Source: the human T2T-CHM13v2.0 reference genome, Homo sapiens. From it: 64,000 nt of DNA. The position numbers were made by a program, and so were the translations under genes. The stretch is from assembly GCF_009914755.1 (NCBI RefSeq), contig NC_060929.1; one strand, given 5' to 3'. Below the pieces are notes generated by a model, which was not told where the DNA came from, made no database searches, and saw only the letters and a list, made by a program, of their open reading frames with translations. The first letter of the stretch is position 1. Each line of letters opens with the position of its first letter. Below, piece after piece: positions 1 through 20,431 of this stretch.

Positions 1-2
1 TT

Positions 3-486
<484 letters not shown>

Positions 487-760
487 TTAGGAGTTCAAGA
501 CCAGCCTGGCCAACATGATGAAACCCCATGTCTACTTTAAAAATACAAAAAATTAGCCAGCCGTGGTGGCACAAGCCTGTAATCCCAGCTACTCGGGAGG
601 CTCAGGCAGGGGAATTGCTGGAACATGGGAGGCAGAGGCTGCAGTGAGCCAAGATTTTACCACTGCACTCCAGCCTGGGTGACAGCAAGACTCCATCTCA
701 AAAAAAAAAAACCTCACAATTTTATATATAGAAAAGCATGACAGCCTTATTGTCCACTCA

Positions 761-874
<114 letters not shown>

Positions 875-1092
875 CTAAGAAAAGAATGCAATTTTTGTGT
901 CTGATTCAAAGCATAAATTCATGTTTATAACACAGTATTGGATGTGTGCTGTAAAAGAACAAATTACAATCATATCAAAGAAGACTTTTGATCACATCAA
1001 AACTGTGATATGGCCAGGCACTGGAGCCAAAATAAGAAGCAAGGCATTCATGGAGCAAATATCTACTGGAAGGCACAGAGGAGAAGAAAAGG

Positions 1093-1134
1093 CAACAAAT
1101 AATTACAAATTGCCAACAAATAATTACAAATTGC
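1093..1134. repeat. Perfect 21-bp tandem duplication CAACAAATAATTACAAATTGC x2
   Basis: Read directly. Confidence 0.95.
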
Positions 1135-1260
1135 CATCAGGGTTTTAAAGACAAAGGAAATAAAAAGGAAGCTGAGACAGAGAAAAACAGCAAGATTGGA
1201 GGGGAAATGGGTAAGTTACTTTACCTAAAAGGATGGCAGGAGGCTGGGCGTGGTGGCTCA

Positions 1261-1760
<500 letters not shown>

Positions 1761-1903
1761 TCACATAAAGTTTGAGATGTGATTTATGAATGAGACACAA
1801 TTTCTCCAACTGTGACCATCACTCCCTCTCTCCCATCAAGTTCTTCCCAATTCTGCCTCTCCTTCAAAGTACAGCTAAGGCTGGGCGCGGTGGCTCACGT
1901 CTA

Positions 1904-2158
<255 letters not shown>

Positions 2159-2403
2159 TCAAAAAAAATAATAAAGTACAGGTAAAAGGAACATTCCCCT
2201 CCATGAAACCTTCCCCCAGGCAGAAGCCAATCACACCCTCCCCCTAACTCCCACTGCTCCTAATCACAGCACTGCTCACACTTGCCTCACAGAGCTTGGC
2301 TGTGAGCTCAAGGTTCTTCCTTGCTCTCTCTTCTCCCCAAGTGTATCACTGTCTCTTAGTACAGCTTCTCTGGATGGTCACTTTGCAATCTATTAACATT
2401 TAA

Positions 2404-2661
<258 letters not shown>

Positions 2662-3834
2662 TAATCCGCCTGCCTCGGCCTCCCAAAGTGCTGGGATTAC
2701 AGGCATGACATTCCTACCCTTTAACTAAGCAGCTCTGCTTACAGAAACTGAGCTTATATACATAAGTATGCAAAAGTATAGGTACAATGATATTCATTGC
2801 AGTGCTGTTTCTAGTAAAGAAAAAAAGAAACCAACTGTCCATCAGCACATGATTGGTTAATTACGGAACAGTGATAAAATAAGGTCGATTTTTATGGGAA
2901 AACATTGAAAAGCTATAATAGAATAATACAAAACAAGAAAACACTTATGGTAAGTAAACTTTTGCTTAAATTTGGAGCAACATATACCAAGCTGTTCACA
3001 ATGGTTTTTTGTGGGGAATGAAATTATAACAGATTTTCATCCACAATTTATATGTTTGCAATGTCTGTCATTTTCACAACATATGCACACTTTTGGAAAC
3101 AGGAAACAAAAACCTGTAGCATTATATCAATCAGCACATAACCTATACATTTCCTAGCACATGGTGTGGGTTTAATGATGTTTCAATTGAATTTAGTCAG
3201 CACATTTATAAGCTTAGTTAAGTTGGTTAATTTCAACTCAGAATGGCCAGTATACATGGCCTTTTACCTCCCATTCTGGACACATTTTATTCAGTCAGTC
3301 TTTCAACAAATAATTATTGCATATGTTCTATGTGCCAGATACTGTGCTAATCCCTGGATATTCTACTGCAAATGAGGCAGTTACAATTCTTGCCCTCTAT
3401 AGAGCTGACAGTCCATGGGGGTGATAAAGGCAAGAAACAGGCAATTACAATCTAATGTGGCAAATGCCATGAAAGGGGAGCTAGATTTCACAACTGGAGC
3501 AACCTGAAGTAGGCTTTTTACAAGTTTAGAAGTTTAGGGCTAAGACCTAAAGCATGCCAGGTGTTGTGAAGAGGTAGGCAAAGTGGAGGAAAAGCATGGG
3601 GTTAGAGGGGTACAGAGCATATGCAAAGGCTGAAAAGCAAGAGAAAGTGGTTTTGGAAAATTATGGCCGGGGGCTGTGGTTCCACGCCTGTATTCCCAGC
3701 ACTTTGGGAGGCCGAGGCAGGTGGATCATTTGAGATCAGGAGTTCAAGACCAGCTTGGCCAACATGGTGAGACCCTGTCTCTACTAAAAATACAAAAATT
3801 AGCCACGCTTGGTACCTGTAATCCCAGCTACTCA

Positions 3835-3936
<102 letters not shown>

Positions 3937-4338
3937 TCAAAAAAAAGAAAAAAGAAAGAAAAAAAAAAACAGTTCCCTGTCTTCAAGAACAGAGAGACTC
4001 CTACTCTTTCTCACCAGAGATGGGAGGGAAAATGAGGACACATGGGGATGCAGACGGCAGAAATGGGCTACATTCTGTGCTGAAACTGGCTCATGGAAGA
4101 AAGCAGCAAGTCTATTCCTTAGAAAGAAATCAATTTCTATAAACTACCTTTCCATATGTTTCACTTTGTTTCCATTTTCCTTAAAGAAAAATGTTCCCTT
4201 TGAAAAATTCTAGAATTGGCCAGTCGCAGTGGCTCATGCCTGTAATCCTAGCACTTTGGGAGGCCAAGGCGGGTGGATGGCTTGCGGTCAGGAATTCAAA
4301 ACCAGCCTGGCCAACGTGGTGAAACCCCATCTCTGCTA

Positions 4339-4609
<271 letters not shown>

Positions 4610-6038
4610 TCACGTGAGGGAGGATCGAGATGGGAAAGCTTCTGTGACGAGAAGGGGGTCAAGCTTTGGTCTGTTCTTACCGAGCCTCTCTAAGTCCCTG
4701 CCCCAGGGAGGAGCCCCAGAGCACAATTAGGAAAAACTCTGCCTCTTCCCTAAACCTTGAACTCAATTGCTTAACTCAAAATCAAACAAGTAGGATCCCC
4801 AGCTGACTCTACTATTACCCAGGAAAGCAACCTGTTCCCACGTAGCACCCCCATTCTATTTGTTGGGAGGTCTAAAAAGCACCAGAAGTATGAGAAAGGA
4901 TGTTAGGTGCAGAGGCTGGCATGGTGGGTAAGAGTTGACTGCCAAATGAGATCCTGAATGTGAAAATAGCAACAAAAAAAGTACAGCCCAATATTTAAGA
5001 AAGATCATAATGTCAGCTGGCACTCCCTAGGGCAAAGATAGATTTAAAAACCAGTTCATTCCAGGTGTGGTGGCTCATGCCTGTACTTTGGGAGGCAGAG
5101 GTGGGCAGATCACTTGAGGTCAGGAGTTCAAGACCAACCTGGCCAACATGGTGAAACCCTGTTCTCTACTAAAAAATACAAAAAAAAAACATTAGCCGGG
5201 CATGGTGGCTCATGCCTGTAGTCCCGGCTACTCAGGAAGATGAGGCAGGAGAATCACTTGAGTCTAGGAGGCAGAGGTTGCAGTGAGCCAAGATCATGCC
5301 AGTGCACTCCAGCCTAGGCAAGAGCAAGACTCAGTCTCAGAATAAAAACCAGTTCAGGAAAAGACAAGACCCTGAATTCACATAAATTCTTTTTTTTTCA
5401 AATGTTTGTATTTACCCTAGATAAATAGACACATACAATAGACGTTTCTAGTCAAAAGACAACATGTTAAGTTGCACTAGCATTCAAAACAGGATATGCA
5501 AAGAGTGAACCCTCATGTAAATTGTGTACTTTAGTTTATAATAACACATGAACATTGGCTCATCAGTTGTAACAAAATATGACATACTAATGCAAAATGT
5601 TAATAACAGGGGAAATGGCCTATTACAGGCATGGTGGCTCATGCCTGTAATCCCAGCACTTTGGGAGGTTGAGGTGGGTAAATTGCGTGAGCCCAGGAGT
5701 CTGAGACCAGCCTAGGCAACAGAGCAAAACCTCATCTCTACAAAAAATACAAAAATTAGCCAGGTGTGGAGGAACATGCCTGTAGTCCTAGTTACCAAGG
5801 AGGCTGAGGTGGGAGGATTGCTTGAGCCCAGGAGGTCAAAGCTGCAGTGAGCCGTGAGCTGTGAGCATGCCACTGTACACTAGCCTGGGCGACTCTGTCT
5901 TAAAAAAAAAAAAGAAGAAAAGGAAACTTGGGAAGAGGAATGAGGGAGTAATGGGAATTCTGTACTTTCTACTCGTTTTTCTGTAAATTTAAAACTGCTG
6001 TAAAAAATAAAAGTCTATTAATTTCTTTTTTCCTTTGA

Positions 6039-6197
<159 letters not shown>

Positions 6198-6504
6198 TAG
6201 TAGAAACGGGGTTTCTCCATGTTGGTCAGGCTGGTCTCGAACTCCCAACCTCAGGTGATCCGCCCACTTGGCCTCCCAAAGTGCTGGGATTACAGGCGTG
6301 AGCCATCGTGCCTGGTCTATTTTTTTGTTTTTGTTTTTTTTAAGTATATATGTATAGGAAGGCCAGGTGAAGTGGCTAACGCCTGTAATCCAAACACTTT
6401 GGGAGGCCAAGGTGGGTGGATCACGAGTTCAGGAGTTCGAGACCAACCTGGCCAGTATGGTGAAACCCTGTCTCTACTAACAATACAAAAATTAGCCAGG
6501 CCTG

Positions 6505-7458
<954 letters not shown>

Positions 7459-9474
7459 TTATGCAGCTGGGCCTGGTGGTTCACGCCTGTAATCCCAGCA
7501 CTTTGGGAGGCCAAAGAGGGCAGATCGTTTGAACTTAGGAGTTCGAGACCGCCCTGGGCAATATGGTGAAACCCCACCTCTACAAAAAATACAAAAAAAT
7601 TAGCCAGGCATGGTGGTGTGTACGTGTAATCCCAGCCACTTGGGAGGCTGAGATGGGAGGATCCCAGGCCCAGAAGGCAGAGGTTACAGTGAGCCAAGAT
7701 TGGGCCACTGCACTCCAGCCTGGGTGACAGAGCCAGACCCTGTCTTAAAAAAAAAAAAAAAAAGCAATAACTTTAGGATGGTATGGAATGCAAGCATCAC
7801 AGGTCACAAAATTTTATACACACCATGTATATATGGATGTACAATAATCACAACTATGAAATAAATACATGAAAGACTGGAAGGAAATGCACCAAAACCT
7901 AAACCTAATGAACATTTTGCATTGCAGAGGTTGGGGTAAGGGGACTAAATTTGTTTATCTTATTTACAGCATCAATCTTTTCTAAAAAAAAAGAATATTT
8001 ATTACTTTTATGATCAGAAATAAATACAAGTAAGTTTTTAAAACAATGAAGGACACTGTTTTGGACAGTATTCTCTATCCAGGTAGGGTGAACTTTACCT
8101 AGCACACTGTTTACTTGTGGAAGTGGTATTTTTCTGCCCAAGGATACTTTTGATTGTGTATAATGGAACCCTAGGCCATACTTCTATCCATAATTAAAGT
8201 AGAGGAAAGATGTGCTTCATGCTTTACACAAAGACGTATCTTGGCTGATAAAAAAAAAAAGCTTCATCCAACCCAGGGCTCTGTTGGACAGGCTGCTACT
8301 CTGCAATCCACCCCAACCCCACCCAACCCCCCTTGCAATCACTCACTCAGAGAAAATACTGCAGCTCAGTAGTCCCTCAGCAGTCCCACACCCAACAGCA
8401 CAGGGTTTAACTCAAATGTATTGAGGCTTTTCCTGTGCCAGGCTCTCCAGTAAGCACTTTAAATGATTAACTCATTTAACCCTCCCAGGAGACAGGCACC
8501 CCCAGTCTTTTCTTTTTACAAGACAAAGCACACTGAGGATGGGGGTAGTGGAAAGGTTGGGAAATCAGGCTATCCTAGTTCGCCTTTACTCTCCCCTTCT
8601 CAGGAGCCTAGCTCCCACCTAGTGACAAGTCAGTGTGGCCAGCCCAGCACCAGTCACAGTTCCCACATTTGCTCATTTAACCAATGGTGGAGACTCAGAG
8701 ACCAAGGAGGCTGACTCTGCCTCACAGCCTGATTAGACAGTCAAGGAACATGAGCCTCTGGCCCTGAGAAAGGGATGCTGCCACTGCTCTTTTTTTTTTT
8801 TTTTTTTTTGAGATGGAGTCTCACTCTGTCGCCCAGGCTGGATGGAGTGCAGTGATGCTATCTTGGCTCACTGCAGCCTCCGCCTCCCAAGCTCAAGCAA
8901 TTCTCCTGCCTCAGCCTCCTGAGTAGGCTGGATTACACGCGCCACCACATTCGGCTAATTTTTGTATTTTTACTAGAGACAGGGTTTCACCATGTTGGCC
9001 AGGCTGGTCTCGAACTCCTGACCTCAGATGATCCACCCGCCTCAGCCTCCTGAAGTGGTGGGATCACAAGCATGAGCCACCAGGTGCGATCTGCTGTTGT
9101 TCTTTAAACCAGGAATGCTGACCTATTGCTGAGATACTCCCAGACAAATCTGGCAGGGGGATAGAGGAGGAGCAAACAAATATTTCTGGCATAGATCTTC
9201 TATTCATTTTCTATTTAATTATAAATTCAAGTAATTTCAGTGAAGAATAGTGTTCACAGCTCAAGTTTATACTATACCAGCACAAAGTTTTAATTCATTT
9301 AAATTTATCCATTCAATGAATGGCAAGTACAAAAAAGGCACTACCCTAGAAATATGGCAGAGGTGTTTCCAAAACAGCAGGAGCCCTAGTACAGTATCAC
9401 AGCCCCCAAGGAGCTCACATTTTAACAAGGCGGCACTGACCTGCTTATCAGATGTTTATGTATCTCATTGGTTA

Positions 9475-9591
<117 letters not shown>

Positions 9592-10168
9592 CTAAATTAA
9601 GAATTAGGGGGACAGAAAGGGGGAAATAAAGAGAAATGATGATGATCTTCTAGAACACAAAAATATTTTCAGAAAAGAGTTGGGAAATCTCTAGGGTTCC
9701 CTAACATTTATGGCTGAGAATGATTCCCACAGTCTATACTTCCAAAAACTAGCTAGAACCCGGTAAAACAGGTTGGTATCCAACTATGCTTTAAAACCTT
9801 GCTTTTCAAAGCAAAATCTGTCAGCTTCATCTGGGAACATGTAAGGCATATTAGAAATGCAGAACCTTGAGCTCCAACCCAGACTTCGGAAATCAGAAGC
9901 TTCATTCTAACAAAATCCTCAGGTACTTCAGAAGCACTGCCTTAAATGGCCCCCTGCCTAATCTTTCTACGCTTCACCTTTTCTATGGTTCTTTCCTTTT
10001 CACGCCCCCACCCAAGAGAGGACAGTCTCCCCCAGACAGTCCTAAATGACAAATGAAAAATAAACACATTATTCTCTTCATTTGTGATTTTATATTATTC
10101 TTGACCTGCCTAACTGGCTTCTGCCTCTAAAGAAAGCCTGCACAAACTCCTTGTGTATAATTTGAATT

Positions 10169-10170
<2 letters not shown>

Positions 10171-10206
<36 letters not shown>
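10171..10206. repeat. (AC)18 microsatellite
   Basis: Read directly. Confidence 0.98.
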
Positions 10207-10209
<3 letters not shown>

Positions 10210-10212
10210 TAC

Positions 10213-10266
10213 CTGTCGGACTCTTGCTATTGGCTCGTTGTTAGCAGGGCAATAGGTCGTAATAAC
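10213..10266 (-). CDS. ALDH7A1: ALDH7A1 coding exon 2 (54 nt, VITTYCPANNEPIARVRQ)
   Basis: AG acceptor at 10268-10267, donor CAG|GTAAGA; phase 0-0. Confidence 0.96.
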
Positions 10267-11300
10267 CTTAAAACAAAAGGATGATGATCATGTATAGAAA
10301 ACGTAATCCCTTTTGAAGTAAGGGAATAGACCAAACGGGGAAGAAAAACAAGAGAGGAAAAAATGATATAATACCCAAACTCAAAAAGCTTAGGTTAACT
10401 TCTGTTACATATAAACCACTCTACAGAGGTTGTCTTTCATTTCTGACTTAAACATTAGAAACTACCTTTCTGCAAAACTCGCCTCTGACATCTCAATATT
10501 AGGCATATAAACAAAAGCCTTAACATAAGCAGTTATTTTGTCTCTTTTTCCATTAATAACAGACCAAACTGACTAGTTTTAGTTATTTCTTCTCTTCCTT
10601 ACTCTGCCCACCCTCTGCTCAGAGATGAAATGGCCAAGGCAGGAAAACTGTTGGAAAGTCCCGTGTCCACACCAACTGGAGAGGTCTCAGGTCAACAATG
10701 AAAGGGAAAATCAAGGCACAGCTAAAAAGGCCTCCAAGAGCCTAATGATCAGATACCACACGGAAATCAGGATGAAACACCGAGGTCTGAGGAGCAATTA
10801 AAATTATCTGTATCTCCTACAGCCACTGATTACCAAAAGACGTGTTCCCTCTACCAAGGCAGGTTCATTATATAATATACAACGTCCAACAAAGTTTGTT
10901 AACTGTTACATAACATCCTCCTATAAAAAACTTTCTTTTAAAAAAAAATCTGGGCGATAATAACCTTACCTTTCCATTGTATTCTATAAAACATTGTTTT
11001 GAGCAGTAATGGGTATCAGGCGCGGTGTTAAGCCCTGGGCAATGGAGAAATGCTGAAAATCCAGTCCTCAAAGGAGTTCACAGCCCAACGTACAACATGG
11101 CAAGATTTCGGCACGTCCAAGCTTGCAAACTCCCAAAGAATTCAGGAAGGAAGATAACTTAAAACTACACTGAAGAACGTTACCTGCGGTGCACGTCACA
11201 GCTGAAGAGCCAGAGTTAAGCTCTAAATTAAGATCAGTTGCACCGCTCAGTGTGCCACATTTCTCACAAGACCATAGATCCCAAGACCATAAGGTTTTAA

Positions 11301-11526
<226 letters not shown>

Positions 11527-11739
11527 TGAACTCGCTACCTCAGGTGATCCGCCCGCCTAGGCCTCCCAAAGTGCTGGGATTACAGGGGTGAGCCACCGCG
11601 CCCGGTAGACCATAATGTTTTAAATATGCGCGGGAAGTTTAGCCCCTACAGCTCCAAAATGACGTCGATTCTGCATAGCACACAAGGACCTAAAATCTAA
11701 GTTTTTGTTTTAAAGGCACCCTACACGAGAAAACTTTTA

Positions 11740-12423
<684 letters not shown>

Positions 12424-12627
12424 TCAGTAAGTCTGGGCTAGGGTCGGAGAGCCGACATTCCTAACCAGCTCCTCAGCGATGGTGACGCCTCTTGTCCCTG
12501 GAGTAGGCAACGGAGGGTTTGTATTGGGGGGCGGGGGAAGGGTTGGTTGTTTTCACTGTTTTGGTAGATTACAAATTAAAGTTTTCTAATTAATGATAAA
12601 TATTAGATTGCTGCATTTCCTCTATAA

Positions 12628-15820
<3,193 letters not shown>

Positions 15821-15821
15821 A

Positions 15822-16480
15822 AAGAATTTAATAGACAGGAGGCCACCCATGCCACGTGGGAGACAGAGTTATTACTCAAATCAATCTCTTGGAGAATTCA
15901 GGGACTAGTGTTTTTCAAAGATAGTTTGGGGAAGGGATGGAGTGGCTAAGCAATGGGTTCTTGCTGCTTATTGGTTGGGGATGCAGTCATAGGGGTATGG
16001 GAAATTGTCCTCAAGCAGCTCGACAACTTCTGTGTGGGAACCCAGAAGCGGTTAGAGGTTCAGGTGGAACCATTGGTAGTCAGACATGCAAAATATCTGA
16101 AAAGATATCTCAAAACGCCAATCTTAGGGTCTACAATAGTGATATTATCTGGAAGAGTAATGGAAAAGTTGCATACCTTGTGACCTCTGGGATAATGACT
16201 GGCAACGGTTTATGTCTACACCTTAGCAGAATTCAGCCTCCTTTATCCGTCTACCCTGGTGGTCTCTTACTAGCTTTACAAAGGCGGTTGGCTTTTGGGG
16301 AAGGGTTATTATCATTTAAACTATAAACTAAATGTCTCCCAAAGTTACATTGACAGGCCCAAGCACAGGAATAATTAAGGGCAGCTTGAAGGCTAAAAGC
16401 AAGATAGGGGTTGGCTAGATCAGATCTCTCCCACTGCCATAATTTTCTCACTGTTATAATTTTCGCAAAGGCGGGTTCCA
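15822..16480 (-). mobile_element. ERV1 solo LTR, LTR8/LTR8A-like (MER4 group), 3' end truncated next to an Alu
   Basis: Minus strand begins TGGAACCCGCCTTTGCGAAAATTATAACAGTGAGAAAATTATGGCAGTG, resembling the recalled LTR8-group 5' end. Confidence 0.7.
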
Positions 16481-16653
16481 AGATAACCCTTAAAGAATGG
16501 GGTGGGTTGAGGGAAGGGCCTCTCAGGCCGAGTGAACAGCAAATGCAGAGGCCTGGCCTGAGGAACAACAGGTTCAGCGCGCCAGCGGTTAGGCAGGGGG
16601 ACACACTAGGACCAGTGACCAGATGCCCAGTCCACATGACCTTGTTTGCCATG

Positions 16654-17234
16654 TGGCAAAGTAAAACAGAGGTTCCTCTTCAAAAACTTTCCTCCCCGTC
16701 TAATTAGGAATAAATAGTAACTTCTCTTAAAAGCAAAATTTATTCAAAGATCTGTGCTAACATTCTTAAATATCTGCTAGCCATAATAAAAAAAAATGTA
16801 CTTTATGTTCTTAGCTCCCACAATTTAGCCTAAATATTTGCCCTGGCATGCTTTTACTAGTCCAAGCAAGCATTAGGTCATAGCCTGTTCCTCTTCCTTA
16901 TTTAAAAGTGTTTTCATCTTTCTCAGCATTCCACAAGTTACTTCCTCCTTCCTTTGTTCTCCTCTACCTTTGCCTCTTTTAAAAAGTTCTAAGTTGCTAG
17001 CCAATCGGGACAAATACAAAATGTGAGGTCCGGTCCAGCCAATAAAAACCAGCCACAGCAGTAAGGTAAACACGTCAGGTTATAAATGACCCTGTCTCCT
17101 TTTGTTCAGTGTACTCTCCTGGCAAAACTGCTGGCGAGTGTACCCTTTCTGCAGAAAGTAAAAATGGCCTTATTCAGTAAGTTAAATTTATGTTGCTATT
17201 TCTTTACGACACCGGAAAACAAACATTTCAAACA
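16654..17234 (+). mobile_element. ERV1 solo LTR, LTR10C-like (HERV-I group), complete
   Basis: TG...CA ends; 5-bp TSD CCATG (16649-16653 and 17235-17239); CCAAT at 17001 and 17039, TATAAA at 17081, AGTAAA at 17157. Confidence 0.82.
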
Positions 17235-17297
17235 CCATGCTGAGAACTCAGTCCTTGTTTTGGGGAGGGATGCACTTGGAAGATTCGAGCTAAGGTA

Positions 17298-17459
17298 CAA
17301 TCCTCCCTAGGTATCCGCGGGTCATTGTTTTCAGGACCCCCACAGATACCAACATCCGCCATGCTCAAGCCCCTTACATTATGTGGGGGTGCACGGTGGG
17401 TCCTTCCCATCCGCAGGTTCGGCATCCGTGGATGGGGAGTGGATACAGAGGGCGGACTA
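17298..17459 (+). mobile_element. Short MER2/Tigger-type non-autonomous DNA transposon
   Basis: Degenerate terminal inverted repeats (CAATCCTCCCTAGGTATCC / GGATACAGAGGGCGGACTA) flanked by TA. Confidence 0.65.
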
Positions 17460-17679
17460 TACAGCTTGAAAGGCTTCCCTGGAAGCAATATGTAGAGTGG
17501 ATTGTGGAGGAGCAAGAACAGAAGCGGGGAGGCTTGTCCAGAGCATACAGGGGAAGGATGTACGGCCAAGGGAGGAATCCCAGACGACCGCGATACGTGA
17601 CATATTTATGTTTGCACGAAAATAAAGTTTGGAAGAAAAGTGTTGGGGGAACAAGGGATTCATTTTCCCGGGGTAGTTG

Positions 17680-18320
17680 GAATGCAATGGGACGCCTCAG
17701 GCCGCTGGGACAGGCTGGCCTCCGCGCGGGGGCGCCCGAGCAGCCGAGCCGCCGGGCCTTCCGGCTGCCCCGCCGGAAGTGCTCTCCTGACCCGCCGCTG
17801 TGCAGCGCAGCGCACCGCGGGAAGATGGCGTTGGAGGTCGGCGATATGGAAGATGGGCAGCTTTCCGACTCGGATTCCGACATGACGGTCGCACCCAGCG
17901 ACAGGCCGCTGCAATTGCCAGTGAGTGTGAAAGGAGGGTGGGTGATCGTGGCTGGGCGCGCGGAGCCTGGGCCCCGGGGAGCGCGCAGGCAGCGGTGAGG
18001 GTGAGGGGTGGGAGCTAGGAGCCCGGGCCAGAGCGAGGAGCCCAGGCTGTCGGGTCAGTGGCCGCAGAAGGGGCGAGCAGACGTCCCCCAGGCGGGCTCA
18101 CGGAGCCCGGGCTGCGGGGGCCGAGGGGCGAGGGGCGACGGCGGCAGCGGCAGCGGCTGGCCGTGCGAACCCCGAACTGGCTGCTCCCTGCGAGGCGGGG
18201 CGCGCGAGCCCTGGCGCCTCCTGGAGGCCGGCTTGCGGCGGCCTCTTAGACGTCTCACCTCCGCCTACCGCTCTTTCTTTTCTAAACTTGGGGCTTCCCC
18301 ACTCCATCGCCGCTAGGTAA
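17680..18320 (+). promoter_or_regulatory. PHAX CpG island promoter with ETS/GABP motif CCGGAAGTG (17773-17781) and YY1-like AAGATGGCG overlapping the start codon (17822-17830)
   Basis: CpG-rich sequence around exon 1; motifs read directly; typical TATA-less housekeeping layout. Confidence 0.8.
17825..17920 (+). CDS. PHAX: PHAX coding exon 1 (96 nt, MALEVGDMEDGQLSDSDSDMTVAPSDRPLQLP)
   Basis: Strong Kozak AAGATGG; donor CCA|GTGAGT at 17921. Confidence 0.96.
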
Positions 18321-18419
18321 CCATAAAGGGGCAGATTTTGCCAAATATGTAGCATCTAGGGACATCAGCCTGAAACAGCCTGTGATGCTCATTTTCTCCC
18401 TGAGCCGAAGGGAGACTGA

Positions 18420-19027
<608 letters not shown>

Positions 19028-19703
19028 TGAACTTCCGACCTCAAGTGATCCACCCGCCTCGGCCTCCCAAAGTGCTGGGACTACAGGCGCGAGCCACCGC
19101 GCCCGGCCCAGCTTCCCTGCTTTCTAAACGGGAATTTGTCTTGACTGCCTTGGTAGGTAGCAACCTCTTTGAGAGGGCGTTGGTGCCAGGCTGCCTGTGT
19201 TCAGATCCTGGGGCCACCGATGTGTGACCTACAGCAGGTTTATTTAGCCTCACTGCTTTTTGTCTACCTCTGTGGAATTGGCATGATGTACCACTGATAG
19301 GGTTATTGCAAGGATTCTGTGGAGCATACAGTGTGCAGTAATGCCTGGTAAGTGTTATCTCTGATTATTATTTGAAGATAGGAAGATAGATAGTCCCAAC
19401 TTCCATTTCTAGCGTAGTAGGAGTTTAACAAAGACAAATACTTGCTTTTGCATATAAATGTTTAGGAAATTAGTACCAAGATATTTTGTTTTTCAATCTC
19501 AGGTTGTTTTTACATAAATTGACCCATGACTTGGTAAATAAACTTAATGCCGTGGACTCTGGGGTTTTAAAAATATCTTGCCCAGGCTGGGCGCGGTGGC
19601 TCACGCCTGTAATCCCAGCACTTTGGGAGGCCGAGGCGGGTGGATCACGAGGTCAGGAGATCGAGACCATCCTGGCTAACGCGGTGAAACCCCCTCTCTA
19701 CTA

Positions 19704-19865
<162 letters not shown>

Positions 19866-20431
19866 TCAAGAAAAAAAAAAAAAATACATGCCCAGCCTGG
19901 GCAACTTGGCAAGACCCCGTCTCTACCAAAAAATGCAAAAAAAAAAAAAAAATAGCTGGGTATGGTGAAGGTTGCCTGTAGTCCCAGTCCCTCAGGAGGC
20001 TGAGGTAGGAGGATCGCTTGAGCCTGAGAGGTGGTGAGCCATGATAGCTCCACTGCACTCCAGCCTCGGCCACAGAACAAAACTTTGTCTCAAAAAAAAA
20101 AAGTAACAATTATTATGTATGTCATTTTAAAACATTCTGACAGTAACTGAAAAGTTTGAAATCTTTTAAAGGTGACAAGAGCTTTGGTAATATAGTAGAA
20201 GGAGATCTTAGAACAAAGTGCTGCATTAGTTGTAAAGATAAGAATTTGTGGCTTTTAAATTGGCAAATTCCATGTGGAACTTAGAAAAGTAGGAACTTGA
20301 TTGGTCTCAGATTTGTCTTTGAAGATCAGTTCCATTTTGGAATGGCAAAGTTGAATCTCTAAATTTTTAAAAATTAGGTAGGTGGAGTTTATGTGTTTTG
20401 TGAAATTGATTGTGTTTCTTTTCACTTGCAG

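Noticed and set aside
15937-17310. ORFs inside the two LTRs (129, 133 and 98 aa)
   Set aside because: No gag/pol/env similarity; these are solo LTRs without internal sequence
17374-18355. Multiple ORFs over the PHAX promoter, including 17381..17998 in frame with PHAX
   Set aside because: CpG-island stop depletion; the upstream part runs through a DNA transposon relic and lies well before the likely start site, so only 17825-17920 is accepted as coding
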